From positions 1-39,008 of the forward strand of contig JACPZN010000054.1 in NCBI GenBank assembly GCA_016195505.1: a DNA stretch of 39,008 nt, written 5' to 3'. Position numbers and translations under genes: made by a program. The notes below the pieces were generated by a model. That model had not been told where the DNA came from and ran no database searches. It saw only the letters and a list, made by a program, of their open reading frames with translations. Below are positions 19,167 to 29,127 of the stretch, one piece after another (within the stretch, counting starts at the first letter, position 1; each line of letters opens with the position of its first letter). The stretch comes from Nitrospirota bacterium (GTDB lineage: Bacteria; Nitrospirota; Nitrospiria; Nitrospirales; Nitrospiraceae).

Positions 19167-19175
19167 AAGGGGGAG

Positions 19176-19748
19176 ATGATGGTACCTACGCATATGTTTC
19201 TCACGAGAGGGGTAGGAGTCCACAAGGAGAAGCTGGCCTCCTTTGAGCAGGCGTTGCGCAGCGCCGGCGTGGCCTATTGCAATCTCGTTACCGTGTCGTC
19301 CATTCTTCCTCCCAATTGCAAGATCATTCCGCGGAAGCGCGGAGAGAAGCTGTTGAACCCCGGAGAAATTACGTTTTGCGTCATGGCCCGTTCCGAGACC
19401 AACGAACGAAACCGGCTGGTTTCGGCCTCGGTCGGTCTTGCAAAGCCCACCGACCGCCGCACCTACGGTTATCTGTCTGAGCATCATGCGCATGGTGAGA
19501 CGGATGAAGAGACCGGGGAATACACCGAAGATTTGGCGGCCCAGATGCTAGCCACGACCTTGGGAGTCGAGTTCGATCCCAATGTTGCCTGGAAAGAGCG
19601 CGAACAAGTCTTCAAGATGGGCGGAAAGATCGTGAGAACTCTGAACATCACTCAATCGGCCATTGGCAAGCCGGGCAAGTGGACCACCGTCATCGCATTG
19701 GCAGTCTTTATTCCTGTGGAGAATCTTCCCAAACGCTCCCGCCGTTAG
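19176..19748 (+). CDS. pdaD: Pyruvoyl-dependent arginine decarboxylase
   Basis: [25 protein letters not shown] (Ser-Ser autocleavage site), [18 protein letters not shown]. Confidence 0.93.
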   Translation: MMVPTHMFLTRGVGVHKEKLASFEQALRSAGVAYCNLVTVSSILPPNCKIIPRKRGEKLLNPGEITFCVMARSETNERNRLVSASVGLAKPTDRRTYGYLSEHHAHGETDEETGEYTEDLAAQMLATTLGVEFDPNVAWKEREQVFKMGGKIVRTLNITQSAIGKPGKWTTVIALAVFIPVENLPKRSRR

Positions 19749-19811
19749 CGGCCTGTGCCCATTCGGATTTCACATGCCTGAGAAGCCTGCGCATGTGATG
19801 GAAGAAAACCC

Positions 19812-20744
19812 ATGACGCTTCCAGCTGGTTGGGAAGGCCCGGACCATAACTTCCTGGGGATCGACGAACCCTGGTGCCATCCAAATCAGGCCGGTGTGTA
19901 CGTCCTTCCCGCTCCCTACGAACATACCTCCAGCTACATTCGCGGATCAGATCGCGGGCCCTCTGCCATTCTTGAAGCTTCATCCCAGGTTGAGTTTTAT
20001 GATGAACAGCTCGGAAGCGAACCCTTTCGCGAGTGGGGAGGGATTGCTACTGCTGCGGCCTTAGATCTCAGGGGAAAGGTGGACCGTGCAGCCGTCGAGG
20101 CCATCGAAGCATTTGTCTCGCCGCATGTTGGGACAGGACGCTTTCTCGTGACCTTGACCGGAGAACACACCGGGGCGCTGGGGGCGATTCGAGCCCATGC
20201 GAAACGCTATGCGCACATGTGTGTGGTGCAGATCGATGCGCACGGGGATTTGCGCGAAGCTTACCAGGGGAACCCTTTCAGCCATGCCAGTGTCATGGCG
20301 CGGGTCGTGGAGGATGGGCATCCGTTGGTTCAGGTGGGCATCCGATCGATTTGCCCCGAAGAGATCGCTCGTATCAATAAGATGGATCGGATCAAGACCT
20401 TTTTTGCTGCGAATATCCTGGATCCTTCAGGTCCTTATGAAGGCAAAGCCACCAGATGGATTCCAGACGTCGTTGCGGCCTGCCGTGGGCCTGTCTATCT
20501 CACGTTCGACTGCGATGGGCTGGATGCGTCGATCATTCCTGCTCTGGGGACCCCGGAGCCGGGTGGCCTGGGGTGGTACGACACCCTCAACCTCATTACA
20601 GCCCTCGCGAACGGTCCTGGTATTGTGGGCATGGACGTGAGCGAGATCGCCCCTATCGAAGGACTTGTGGCGCCACAATTTTCCATCGCACGCTTGATCT
20701 ATCGTATTCTTGGCCGGATTAAGGCCGGGCGCCGAGTGCACTGA
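19812..20744 (+). CDS. speB: Agmatinase (ureohydrolase)
   Basis: GEH, DAHGD, SHAS, FDCDGLD, GTPEPGG, follows the arginine decarboxylase. Confidence 0.92.
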   Translation: MTLPAGWEGPDHNFLGIDEPWCHPNQAGVYVLPAPYEHTSSYIRGSDRGPSAILEASSQVEFYDEQLGSEPFREWGGIATAAALDLRGKVDRAAVEAIEAFVSPHVGTGRFLVTLTGEHTGALGAIRAHAKRYAHMCVVQIDAHGDLREAYQGNPFSHASVMARVVEDGHPLVQVGIRSICPEEIARINKMDRIKTFFAANILDPSGPYEGKATRWIPDVVAACRGPVYLTFDCDGLDASIIPALGTPEPGGLGWYDTLNLITALANGPGIVGMDVSEIAPIEGLVAPQFSIARLIYRILGRIKAGRRVH

Positions 20745-20794
20745 CTCCGATCCGAGACGCTTCTGTGCGGACCAAGCTGCAGTTTGCTTGCCCT

Positions 20795-21453
20795 GTGATC
20801 ACCGCAATTCGCATCAACAAGTTTTTCACGGAGCATGGGATTTGTTCCCGGCGTGAGGCGGATCGCTTGGTCGAGTCAGGAGCAATCACGATCAACGGCC
20901 ACACGGCCAAGCTGGGCGACCGGGTGGGTCCCACGGACGTCATCGCCCGCGACGGGCAGGTGATTCCCTGGGGCAAGGCGGCCGTCTACATCAAATATCA
21001 TAAGCCGGTCGGGGTCACGACGACCAGCGAGTCGCATGTCAACCGGAATATCATCGCGGAAATCGGGCATCCCGAACGGATTTTCCCGATCGGCCGGCTG
21101 GACAAGGATTCCTCCGGCCTCATTCTCCTGACCAACGACGGCAACATTGTGAACGAGATCCTCCGGACGGAATTCGGCCATGAGCGTGAGTATGTCGTGC
21201 AGGTCGATCGTCCGTTCGATCAGTCGTTTCTGAACCGGATGTCCCGCGGCGTGGCGGTCCTCGGAAGCAAGACAAAGCCGTGTCAGATGACTCGCTTTGG
21301 GCGCAATCGGTTTCGCATCGTGCTCACCGAGGCCTTCACCGCATCAGGATCATGCACATTGCCGTGAAGGGACTGAGCGTCGGGGCGTGGAAAGAATTGA
21401 CCGCAGAGGAACGAGAGCAGTTGCTGGAGGCCGTAGGTCGTTCCAGGGCGTAG
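20795..21453 (+). pseudogene. S4-domain pseudouridine synthase (RluF/RsuA family), deletion with frameshift near 21331
   Basis: RINKF..CSRREAD and GRLDKDSSGL are present. After IVLTE the GRNRQIRRM motif is absent, and the C-terminus (LHRIRIMHIAVKGLSVGAWKELT...) continues in another frame to TAG 21453. Confidence 0.85.
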
Positions 21454-21578
21454 CCCGTTTCATGAGCGCTTCTACTGCAATCCCCTGTCTTGACCGTGCC
21501 AGACAGAGTCGCTAAGGTGGGTGGTCCGATACGTGCCGCGCAACTGGGCTCAGGGTCAGGGGAAGGAGACATGCGTTC

Positions 21579-22199
21579 ATGAGCGGGACTGGACGAAAAT
21601 CGAGTCGGCCCCAGCAGAAGAGTGGCCGCAGAGTTCGTGGTGGCAAGCCGATTGTTGGGGTATTGGGAGGAAGTAAATCCGATTTCCCTATTTTGGAAAA
21701 GGCCGGAACAATTCTGGCTGAGCTGGACATCCCTTATGAATTATTGGTCGTCTCCGCTCACCGAACTCCAGACCGGTTGTTTGAGTATGCCACGACTGCG
21801 CCTGGTCGGGGCATTGAGGTCATCATTGCCGGGGCCGGGGGCTCGGCGCACCTTCCTGGAATGCTGGCCGCCAAAACTCATCTTCCAGTAATCGGCGTGC
21901 CCATCCCGACAGAAAATCTTCGTGGCCTCGATTCCTTGTTGTCGATCGTTCAGATGCCCAAGGGAATTCCCGTCGCAACCGTCGCGATCGGCGGGGCCGA
22001 GAATGCCGGACTGCTGGCGGCACAAATTCTAGGTGGGCGCTATCCAGAGCTGATGGGGCGAGTCGGAAGTCGTGACAGAGCAGGCCCTCGAACCCGGATC
22101 AATCCTTGGCGTGTTGGGTGGGGGACAGCTGGGCGCGATGTTTGCCGATGCAGCGCGCCGGATGGGGTATGGTATTGCGGTGTGGGATCCAGATGCTGA
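21579..22199 (+). CDS. purE: N5-CAIR mutase PurE; native C-terminus apparently lost, so the ORF reads into purK
   Basis: [32 protein letters not shown]; homology ends near 22064. Confidence 0.9.
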   Translation: MSGTGRKSSRPQQKSGRRVRGGKPIVGVLGGSKSDFPILEKAGTILAELDIPYELLVVSAHRTPDRLFEYATTAPGRGIEVIIAGAGGSAHLPGMLAAKTHLPVIGVPIPTENLRGLDSLLSIVQMPKGIPVATVAIGGAENAGLLAAQILGGRYPELMGRVGSRDRAGPRTRINPWRVGWGTAGRDVCRCSAPDGVWYCGVGSRC

Positions 22200-23229
22200 T
22201 GCGCCGGCGCATCAGCTGGCCCACCACTCGTTTACCACGCCGTTCTCGGACATTGCTGCCCGTGAAAAATTTTCCCGCATTGTTCATGCCGTCACGTTTG
22301 AATGGGAGAGCGTGCCGGCTGAGCTCTGTGAGTGGTTGGAACAGCGCCATCGGGTTCGGCCAGCCGGCGCCGTACTCCGGATCATTCAGGATCGAATTGA
22401 ACAGAAGCAATTTCTACAGTCCCACGGCCTTCCCATCCAACCGTTCTTCACGATCGAGTCGCCCGACCAACTAGCAGAAGCTGTGAGGAAAATTCGTGTT
22501 CCCGCTGTGTGCAAGACGGCGACGTCCGGCTATGACGGGAAAGGTCAGTGGACCCTTCGCGAGAGTTCCGGTGTCACAGCTGTCGAGCAGGCATTGCGGA
22601 CGATTGCCAAACCAGGACTCAGATGGATTCTCGAAAAATTCGTGAATTTTGAGCGGGAACTTTCCGTCCTCGTGGTACGAGGAGAGGAAGGCGAGTGCCG
22701 AATCTATCCCGTCGTAGAAAATCGGCATGAGCAGGGCATCTTGCGTCTGACGCTGATGCCGTCCACTGTTTCGCCTGACGTGGCGGTGAGAGCCGCTGAC
22801 CTTGCGGGCCAAGCCGTGACGGCGTTCAATGGCGTGGGGGTCTTCTGTGTCGAACTTTTCCAAACAGCTGAAGGCGAACTCTTCATTAATGAAGTTGCGC
22901 CCCGCCCACACAATTCCGGCCACTATACCTTAGAAGCTTGCACGGTGTCCCAATTCGAGCAACAGGTGCGTGTCGTCTGTCGCATGCCGCCAGGCGAAGC
23001 GCGACTGTTGAGTCCGGCAGCCATGGTGAATCTCATCGGCGACGAAGTGCGATCCATTACGTCCGGCAGAGGTTTTTATGAACTGCTCTCCATTCCAGGA
23101 GCCGTGCTTCATCTCTACGGAAAGCGAGTCATTCGTCCGGGCAGGAAGATGGGCCATGTCACGTTCCTCGCCGATCGGGGCGAAGTGGCGGCAGAACGGG
23201 CTTACCAGTTCATGAAATGTCTCGGGTAA
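22072..23229 (+). CDS. purK: N5-CAIR synthetase PurK
   Basis: [35 protein letters not shown]. Confidence 0.96.
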   Translation: MTEQALEPGSILGVLGGGQLGAMFADAARRMGYGIAVWDPDADAPAHQLAHHSFTTPFSDIAAREKFSRIVHAVTFEWESVPAELCEWLEQRHRVRPAGAVLRIIQDRIEQKQFLQSHGLPIQPFFTIESPDQLAEAVRKIRVPAVCKTATSGYDGKGQWTLRESSGVTAVEQALRTIAKPGLRWILEKFVNFERELSVLVVRGEEGECRIYPVVENRHEQGILRLTLMPSTVSPDVAVRAADLAGQAVTAFNGVGVFCVELFQTAEGELFINEVAPRPHNSGHYTLEACTVSQFEQQVRVVCRMPPGEARLLSPAAMVNLIGDEVRSITSGRGFYELLSIPGAVLHLYGKRVIRPGRKMGHVTFLADRGEVAAERAYQFMKCLG

Positions 23230-23461
23230 AGCAGTCCGACCCCGTTTCGTACAGAAACCGAAAACACACAGCTCAGGGTACCGGCCCCCACCTATGAGTA
23301 AGGCCACCGTTCCATTTTGTCAGCATCTGGAGGCTACCGCCTCTGGCCAGAGCCAGGAGGAAGAGAAAAGGCTCAGCAAACGGGGCCATTCTGGCCGAGG
23401 ATTAAGGGTATGGAACTTGCTGAACTTTCTTCGGCCGTTGCCAGAAGTACAGTACCGCACC

Positions 23462-25309
23462 ATGTCACCAAAAGCGACTCAAACCGGTCCCAGCCAACCT
23501 TCGGGCAGGCTCTATCGATTACTCAGTAATCCGCATTCACGTTATCTTTTCCTCCAGAGTCTCGTCACCATCATCCTCTCCTATGAATTGCTCTTCGGCT
23601 CCGACTCCATCATCAGCCGAGTCATGAGCAATGGTCTCGTAGTCGGATTGTGGCTTTTCATCGCCGTTATTGCGATGCTGCCTCAGGTGGTGCTTGAAGC
23701 GACCTGGTTCAGTGCCGGACTAGTGGCTATCGATACGGTCCTAGTGACGGCCACCATCTACTTTTCAGGGAACGCCAGGTCGGATCTCTACATTGCGTAT
23801 TTCGTCCTTATGCTGGTGGCGGCCTCTGTGAGGCGGCTTGGTCATCTGTTAGGCCTGTCCATGCTGTTAAGTGTAGGCTATGCGGTGGTGGTCTACGAAG
23901 GCATTCTTCATACCGGTACCATGACGGCAGGGCAGCTGCTCGGTATCCCTGTGCTTTTGGTGATGGCGGTGTTTTATGGGGTCGCACTGGAGACCACTGC
24001 GGTCGTACAGGAAGAAAAGTCGACGTTACTTAAAGACGTTGAGGCGTTGAAGAAGACCGAAGATGAATTGCAGGTGGCGAAGACGCAACTGGAAACGCGG
24101 ATCAAGGGATTGAAGGAAGATCTCACGAAGGCGAATGCCAACCTCCGCGAGGGACAGGCTGTACGACAAGGACTGGAGCGGCAACTCCATGAAGCTCAGA
24201 AGATGGAGGCGGTCGGCTGGGTTGCCGCTAGAATTGCCGGTGAATTCGGGGCTCTCTTTTCTGTGATCGGCAAACAGACGGGGGTCATGTTGTCTCGCCT
24301 GCAACCAAACGATCCTCTCAGGGCCTCTGCCGATGAACTCTTCAAGGCGGGCGAAAAGGCTGCGACACTCACAGCCCAACTCATCGCGCTGAATCTCGAG
24401 GACCGACAAGTCCGGAAAGTGTTGTCGGTTCATAGCGTATTATCGGATTTGCACAGCATGATCGGGAGTCTCCTGCCCGACCACATTGAACTACTGGTCC
24501 AGTTGGACAAGTCGGTGGCCTATGCCGAGGTTGATCGCGAGGGGTTGGAAAATGTCCTCTTGCAACTGGTCGTCAATGCGCGGGATGCAATGCCCAGCGG
24601 GGGGCGTCTGTCGATTGAGGTCAAGACTGGTGAGGAGGCATCCAAATCGGCGCGGTCTTCAGCGGCGGAAAAGAAGACTCCTCAGATCCTTATTCAGATC
24701 AGCGATACCGGCACCGGCATGAACCTCGACACCCAGGCTCATATGTTTGAGCCGTTTTTCTCGACTAAGGAAACCAACATTGGTCTTGGACTCACGGCAG
24801 TCTACGGAACCGTGAAACAGAATGGAGGTACCGTGGAGGTCGAGAGCCGGCCTGGGCAAGGCACGGTGGTTCGGGTGTTCTTCCCGGCTGTACCGGCGTC
24901 GGCGACACAAGAAGAAATGATTCCAAAGGCCATGTTAGCCAAAGGAAATGAAACGATTCTGCTTGTGGAGGAAGACGAAATCGAGCGAAAGCTTGCGCTC
25001 TCAGCCTTGCATCGACACAGGTACCATGTATTGGAAGCAGCCTCGTCGGTAGAAGCGCTCATCCTCACGCAGCACTACAAGGGAATCATACATCTCGCTG
25101 TAAGTCCCTTAGTAATGCCTGAAATCGGCTGACGTGAACTCGCCCGCCGGCTATTAAGCCGTCATCCGATGATGAAGGCCCTCTTTGTCTCCGGCTACGA
25201 TGACGAAACCATCCAGCATCACCGAATCAATCAACGCTTTGTCCTGCAGCATCCCTATCGCCAGGCTGGATTAGTTGAGAAGGTCAGGGAAATGTTGGAT
25301 GCAGCGTGA
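23462..25309 (+). CDS. Membrane-bound hybrid histidine-kinase-like protein with degenerate H-box and receiver; in-frame TGA at 25130-25132
   Basis: Multi-TM N-terminus, coiled coil, QKMEAVG, N box (VVNARDAM), DTGTGM, FEPFFSTK and GLGL. The receiver continues after the stop (RELARRL...LFVSGY...VREMLDAA*). Start 23462 inferred. Confidence 0.85.
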
Positions 25310-25331
25310 GCCACGCTGCAGGACGGTATCG

Positions 25332-26039
25332 TCACCCATTCCACGTGCGCGAACGGCCTGGTGAGAAAAACGGTACGTCCCTCCGTTTGAAAAGCCCGAT
25401 TAGGGCCATCCCCGCGACAAATCCTCCGATGTGTGCGAAGAAGGCCACGCCGCCTCCTGTGGCGCCGATGCTCATCCCTCCGCTGACCAGCTGTGTGACG
25501 AACCACATGCCCAAGACAATACCCGCGGCCACGCGAGTCATTCCAATCCCTGGAAGCAAGACCAGGACGTTGGCGCGAGGAAATAGCAACACATAAGCCC
25601 CGAGGACGGCTGAGATGGCTCCGCTAGCTCCGACCATTGGGACCTGCGACGAAGGATCGGTCATAGCGTGGCTGAGGGCGGCCAAGATGCCGCAGAGGAT
25701 GTAAAAGACGATAAACTTTGCATGGCCCATCACGTCTTCGATATTATTCCCGAAGATCCAGAGATAGAGCATGTTGCCGATGAGATGCATCCAGCCTCCA
25801 TGCAAAAACATGCTGGTCAACAGCGTCAGGGCAGCGGGAATGGCGACCGCCGCTTCATCTGGAAGCGAGGCATGGCCGAAGACGACAGACGGGATAGCAC
25901 CATATTGAAAGACAAAAATCTCGCCGGGCTCCCGAGGCAGGCTCGACTGGTAGAGAAAGACCACCACACAGATGGCGATGAGGACAATCGTGACGAATGG
26001 GGTTTTTTCAGTGGGATTATCGTCGTGGAGAGGGATCAC
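25332..26039 (-). CDS. Rhomboid intramembrane serine protease
   Basis: MIPLHDDNP, MFLHGGWMHLIGNM, GASG, AHIGG. Confidence 0.94.
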   Translation of the reverse strand: MIPLHDDNPTEKTPFVTIVLIAICVVVFLYQSSLPREPGEIFVFQYGAIPSVVFGHASLPDEAAVAIPAALTLLTSMFLHGGWMHLIGNMLYLWIFGNNIEDVMGHAKFIVFYILCGILAALSHAMTDPSSQVPMVGASGAISAVLGAYVLLFPRANVLVLLPGIGMTRVAAGIVLGMWFVTQLVSGGMSIGATGGGVAFFAHIGGFVAGMALIGLFKRRDVPFFSPGRSRTWNG

Positions 26040-26926
26040 GTTGGATCCTGCTCGGAGGGAGTGCGACGACGGTCGGCGACCGCACGCGGCAACGCAGGAA
26101 TGGAGGGAAGCGTTCCGTCGGGCCCGAGCGGAACGGAAAACCCTGCGGCGTGGGTATGGCCGCCTCCGCCGAACGAGGCTGCAATCTCACCGACATCTAC
26201 GCCATCTGCACGCGAGCGCATGCTGAAGTAGCGCCGTCCATCACGATCATGCCAGATCAGGCAGAAGGGATGGTGGGGCGAGAGTCGCTCGCCGATTTGA
26301 CTTGTCAGGACTGCGCTTTGCACAGAGGGAACGACTGCGCCTTGGAACTCGACCATGATGGCTTGCGCCGCGAGCTTGCCGACCAGCTCGCGTTCATAAC
26401 GTAAAATTGCACGGCCTTCCTGTTCCAGCGCCTGATGGGAAAAGCGATCCCACAGGTTGAAGTCAAATGGGTAAGAGGCCAGTGCCGCATTGATTTCATG
26501 ACTTCCCGGCAAGGCCCATGTCCACAAATCCTTGTCCTGAACATATTGGAGTAACCAAGGAGGCGAACCGTCATGGGCCCACTCCCAGCTGAGCACCGCG
26601 CCTGACTTAGCTTGATCAAAATAGGCATATGGGAGCCCCTGCAGAGCCTTTTCCGCCGTGATGTGGTGGTCCAGGATGAGCAGCTCCTTGGTCTCGGAGG
26701 CCATGGTTTCAAGGATCGGCCGCGCATAGCTGAAGTCGACGATGACGACACGCTGATCCTTGAGGTCCGAAGGGGGAGGGATGCCATGCTTCACTGGCAC
26801 GAATCGCGCGGTGGGGAACTTTTTCCAGATGGCCCAGGCTGCCCCAAATCCATCCGAACATTCCGCATGGTAGAGGACGATGTCCGGCGGATTCTTGAAC
26901 CGGCGTGGGTAGCGTGAAATGCTCAT
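26036..26926 (-). CDS. DHH/DHHA1 phosphoesterase
   Basis: YHAECSDG, VDFS, LDHH, GGGHTHAAG. Confidence 0.9.
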   Translation of the reverse strand: MSISRYPRRFKNPPDIVLYHAECSDGFGAAWAIWKKFPTARFVPVKHGIPPPSDLKDQRVVIVDFSYARPILETMASETKELLILDHHITAEKALQGLPYAYFDQAKSGAVLSWEWAHDGSPPWLLQYVQDKDLWTWALPGSHEINAALASYPFDFNLWDRFSHQALEQEGRAILRYERELVGKLAAQAIMVEFQGAVVPSVQSAVLTSQIGERLSPHHPFCLIWHDRDGRRYFSMRSRADGVDVGEIAASFGGGGHTHAAGFSVPLGPDGTLPSIPALPRAVADRRRTPSEQDPT

Positions 26927-27035
26927 ACGAGTGCGAGAGAGGATAGCATGGTCAGCGATACGGACTAAAGGGTGTTTCTCATGTCCCTCTACCGCGCCGG
27001 CCTACCGAAATGGCTCCGCACCGCTCACGGTTTGA

Positions 27036-28091
27036 TCAGAGCTCGTTGAGGTGGTTGATCAGTTGACGGAGTCGGCTGGCGCTGCGTCGATTGAAACTGA
27101 ACACGAGCCGTGGTAAGTCCCGGAAAGCCGGTTCATCCAGCTCTTCTTCCAAAGGGCCGCGCAGTTCAAACCGACCTTCGGTCAGGAGATCGCCGAACCG
27201 TATCTGAACCTGGTCAAGTTGTTCGGCGGAGATGGTTTTCTTCAGCCGCATGGCCATTTGTCGACCGACGAACCGGATGGAATGGTAGCGGCGATAAAAT
27301 CGAAGGATATCGTCCACTGCCGCGTCGGCTGAGTTCACAATCGTGAAGAGACTCAGATCTTCTTCATTGATCAGTTTCCGCTTCAAAAGCTGCTTCGTCA
27401 CGAAGGCCGACCAGTCGTCCCAATAGTCGCAGCCCGGCGCCTGAAGGCAGACGATCGGCTGAGGGTCGCTCTTGCCGGTCTGAGCGAGCGTCAGAATTTC
27501 AAACCCTTCGTCATGTGTGCCGAACCCCCCGGGGAAGAGCGCAATGGCATTCGCTTCTTTTTGGAAGATCAGTTTTCGCGTGAAGAAATACTTGAAGGTA
27601 ATCAGCTTCGAGTCATCGGCGATGGTGGGGTTGGGACCTTGCTCGAAGGGGAGCATGATATTGACACCGAAGCTGTTCTCGCGCCCGGCACCTTCTTGGG
27701 CGGCACGCATGATGCCGTCTGCCCCTCCGGTGATGACCATGAATCCTTGTTCGACGATGCTCTGCGCGAAACGATAGGCCAGTTGATAATTGGGGTCGTC
27801 CGAGGGCGTCCGTGCCGAACCGAAGATGCTGATCTTCTGCCGATTCCGATAGCCGTGAAAGACCCCGAAGGCATGACGTAGCTCTTTAACCGCGCGGTTT
27901 ACGATCTTCAAATCCAGCAGATCGAGGCGCGCGTCATGGAATTTGAGCAGTCCCGTCAAGAGTTCCTTCATGAGGGCAGCATGCAGATCGTCCTCGGGGC
28001 TTTCCAGCAAGGTGCCGATTTGCTGAAGGACCTCGTCTTTCGACAAGGCAGGGCGCGATCGAGTTTGTTGTGACTTGCTGGATGTGTTCAT
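27036..28091 (-). CDS. LOG-family nucleotide phosphoribohydrolase, long form
   Basis: IFGSAR, ITGGADGIM, YFFTRK, PGGFGTHDE. Confidence 0.92.
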   Translation of the reverse strand: MNTSSKSQQTRSRPALSKDEVLQQIGTLLESPEDDLHAALMKELLTGLLKFHDARLDLLDLKIVNRAVKELRHAFGVFHGYRNRQKISIFGSARTPSDDPNYQLAYRFAQSIVEQGFMVITGGADGIMRAAQEGAGRENSFGVNIMLPFEQGPNPTIADDSKLITFKYFFTRKLIFQKEANAIALFPGGFGTHDEGFEILTLAQTGKSDPQPIVCLQAPGCDYWDDWSAFVTKQLLKRKLINEEDLSLFTIVNSADAAVDDILRFYRRYHSIRFVGRQMAMRLKKTISAEQLDQVQIRFGDLLTEGRFELRGPLEEELDEPAFRDLPRLVFSFNRRSASRLRQLINHLNEL

Positions 28092-28189
28092 GCGTCGTAC
28101 TTTACCTGGCTAACACGAATTGGATGAGATTGAAAATCTTACCAATGGATTGGGCGTTGGTCAAAGAAGTTCGATGGGCGCGTAATGAC

Positions 28190-28960
28190 TCAGGGTAGCT
28201 CGGAGGATTTAGCGGAGTTTTGCAGCACCCACGCCTTAATCCTGGACTGATCTGCAGGGGAGAGATCGGTAAATTGGATGTCAACGCATGGGGTTGAGAC
28301 CATGGGAGACTTGCCTGCGCCGTGCGTCTGCTCATACTCATTCAAGATTGTTCCCCGAACCGTTAATGGACTTGTTGGGTCGGGGAGGGAAAAGCTCAGA
28401 ACGACTTTGGTCCCCGGCAGCAATAAGGCGGGAGACTCCACCAAGGCCCCAACATGACTGAGTTGAATAATGATGGCATGGTGTTGGGCACCGAAACTAT
28501 CCCCGTCCATGACACTGATGGTGGCATGGATGCTTGTCAGGCATCGTTTAGGGGAAAGAACAAGGTCTCTCGCAGTGAGGACACCGACGGGTTGATCCTG
28601 TTTCGTCACGATGAGGATCGGTGTGCCGGTGGACATCATGAGTGTCGAAGCATCTTCCACGGCCCGGTCGTATTCGATAAATTGAACGGGTCGTGTCATG
28701 ATTGTACGCACTTCGATGTCATCCGGTTCCAGACCCTGGGCGACCACTTTCTTGACGATGTCCGTTGGAGTCATGAGTCCGAAGCGAGAATCCGTATCCT
28801 TGATGAGCAGGCAGGGCATCTGTTCACGTTCCAAGAGGAACGCCGCTTCGGCGACCGATACGTCACCGGGAATCTGAACTACACCTGGTGTCATCATGTG
28901 TGCGACCACTGTGCTCTGGTGATTCGGGGCGTTGGGCCGTTGATCGTCCTTGTTCAGCAT
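28190..28960 (-). CDS. CBS-pair plus PilZ-like domain protein
   Basis: Two CBS repeats (VAHMMT..., GVLTARD), then QLSHVGALV...FSLP...IQFTDLS. Confidence 0.8.
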   Translation of the reverse strand: MLNKDDQRPNAPNHQSTVVAHMMTPGVVQIPGDVSVAEAAFLLEREQMPCLLIKDTDSRFGLMTPTDIVKKVVAQGLEPDDIEVRTIMTRPVQFIEYDRAVEDASTLMMSTGTPILIVTKQDQPVGVLTARDLVLSPKRCLTSIHATISVMDGDSFGAQHHAIIIQLSHVGALVESPALLLPGTKVVLSFSLPDPTSPLTVRGTILNEYEQTHGAGKSPMVSTPCVDIQFTDLSPADQSRIKAWVLQNSAKSSELP

Positions 28961-29056
28961 CGCTCGGCCAGGTCCTTTCTTCCGAAAATCGAGGCTCTTG
29001 GCCGCCGCGACGTATGCCAAGTATAGCAGACAGTCCTGGCCGCCCAGGTTCGTGGA

Positions 29057-29079
29057 AAACCCTTGTCATTCAATGGTTT
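29057..29079. promoter_or_regulatory. Inverted repeat in a divergent promoter region
   Basis: AAACCCTTG-TCATT-CAATGGTTT (8/9 match). Confidence 0.45.
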
Positions 29080-29127
29080 CAAGGCATACACTAGGTGCGA
29101 AAATCGGCTTCCATGAGGATGGGTTGA

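Noticed and set aside
14446..25132. Stop-codon reassignment or selenocysteine explaining the in-frame stops
   Set aside because: The two stops are different codons (TAA and TGA), and both terminate many normal genes here. The TGA aligns with a Gly position, not Cys.
29014..29094. Short ORF MPSIADSPGRPGSWKTLVIQWFQGIH as the MNIO precursor
   Set aside because: It has no Cys and no RBS, and it overlaps the divergent promoter region.
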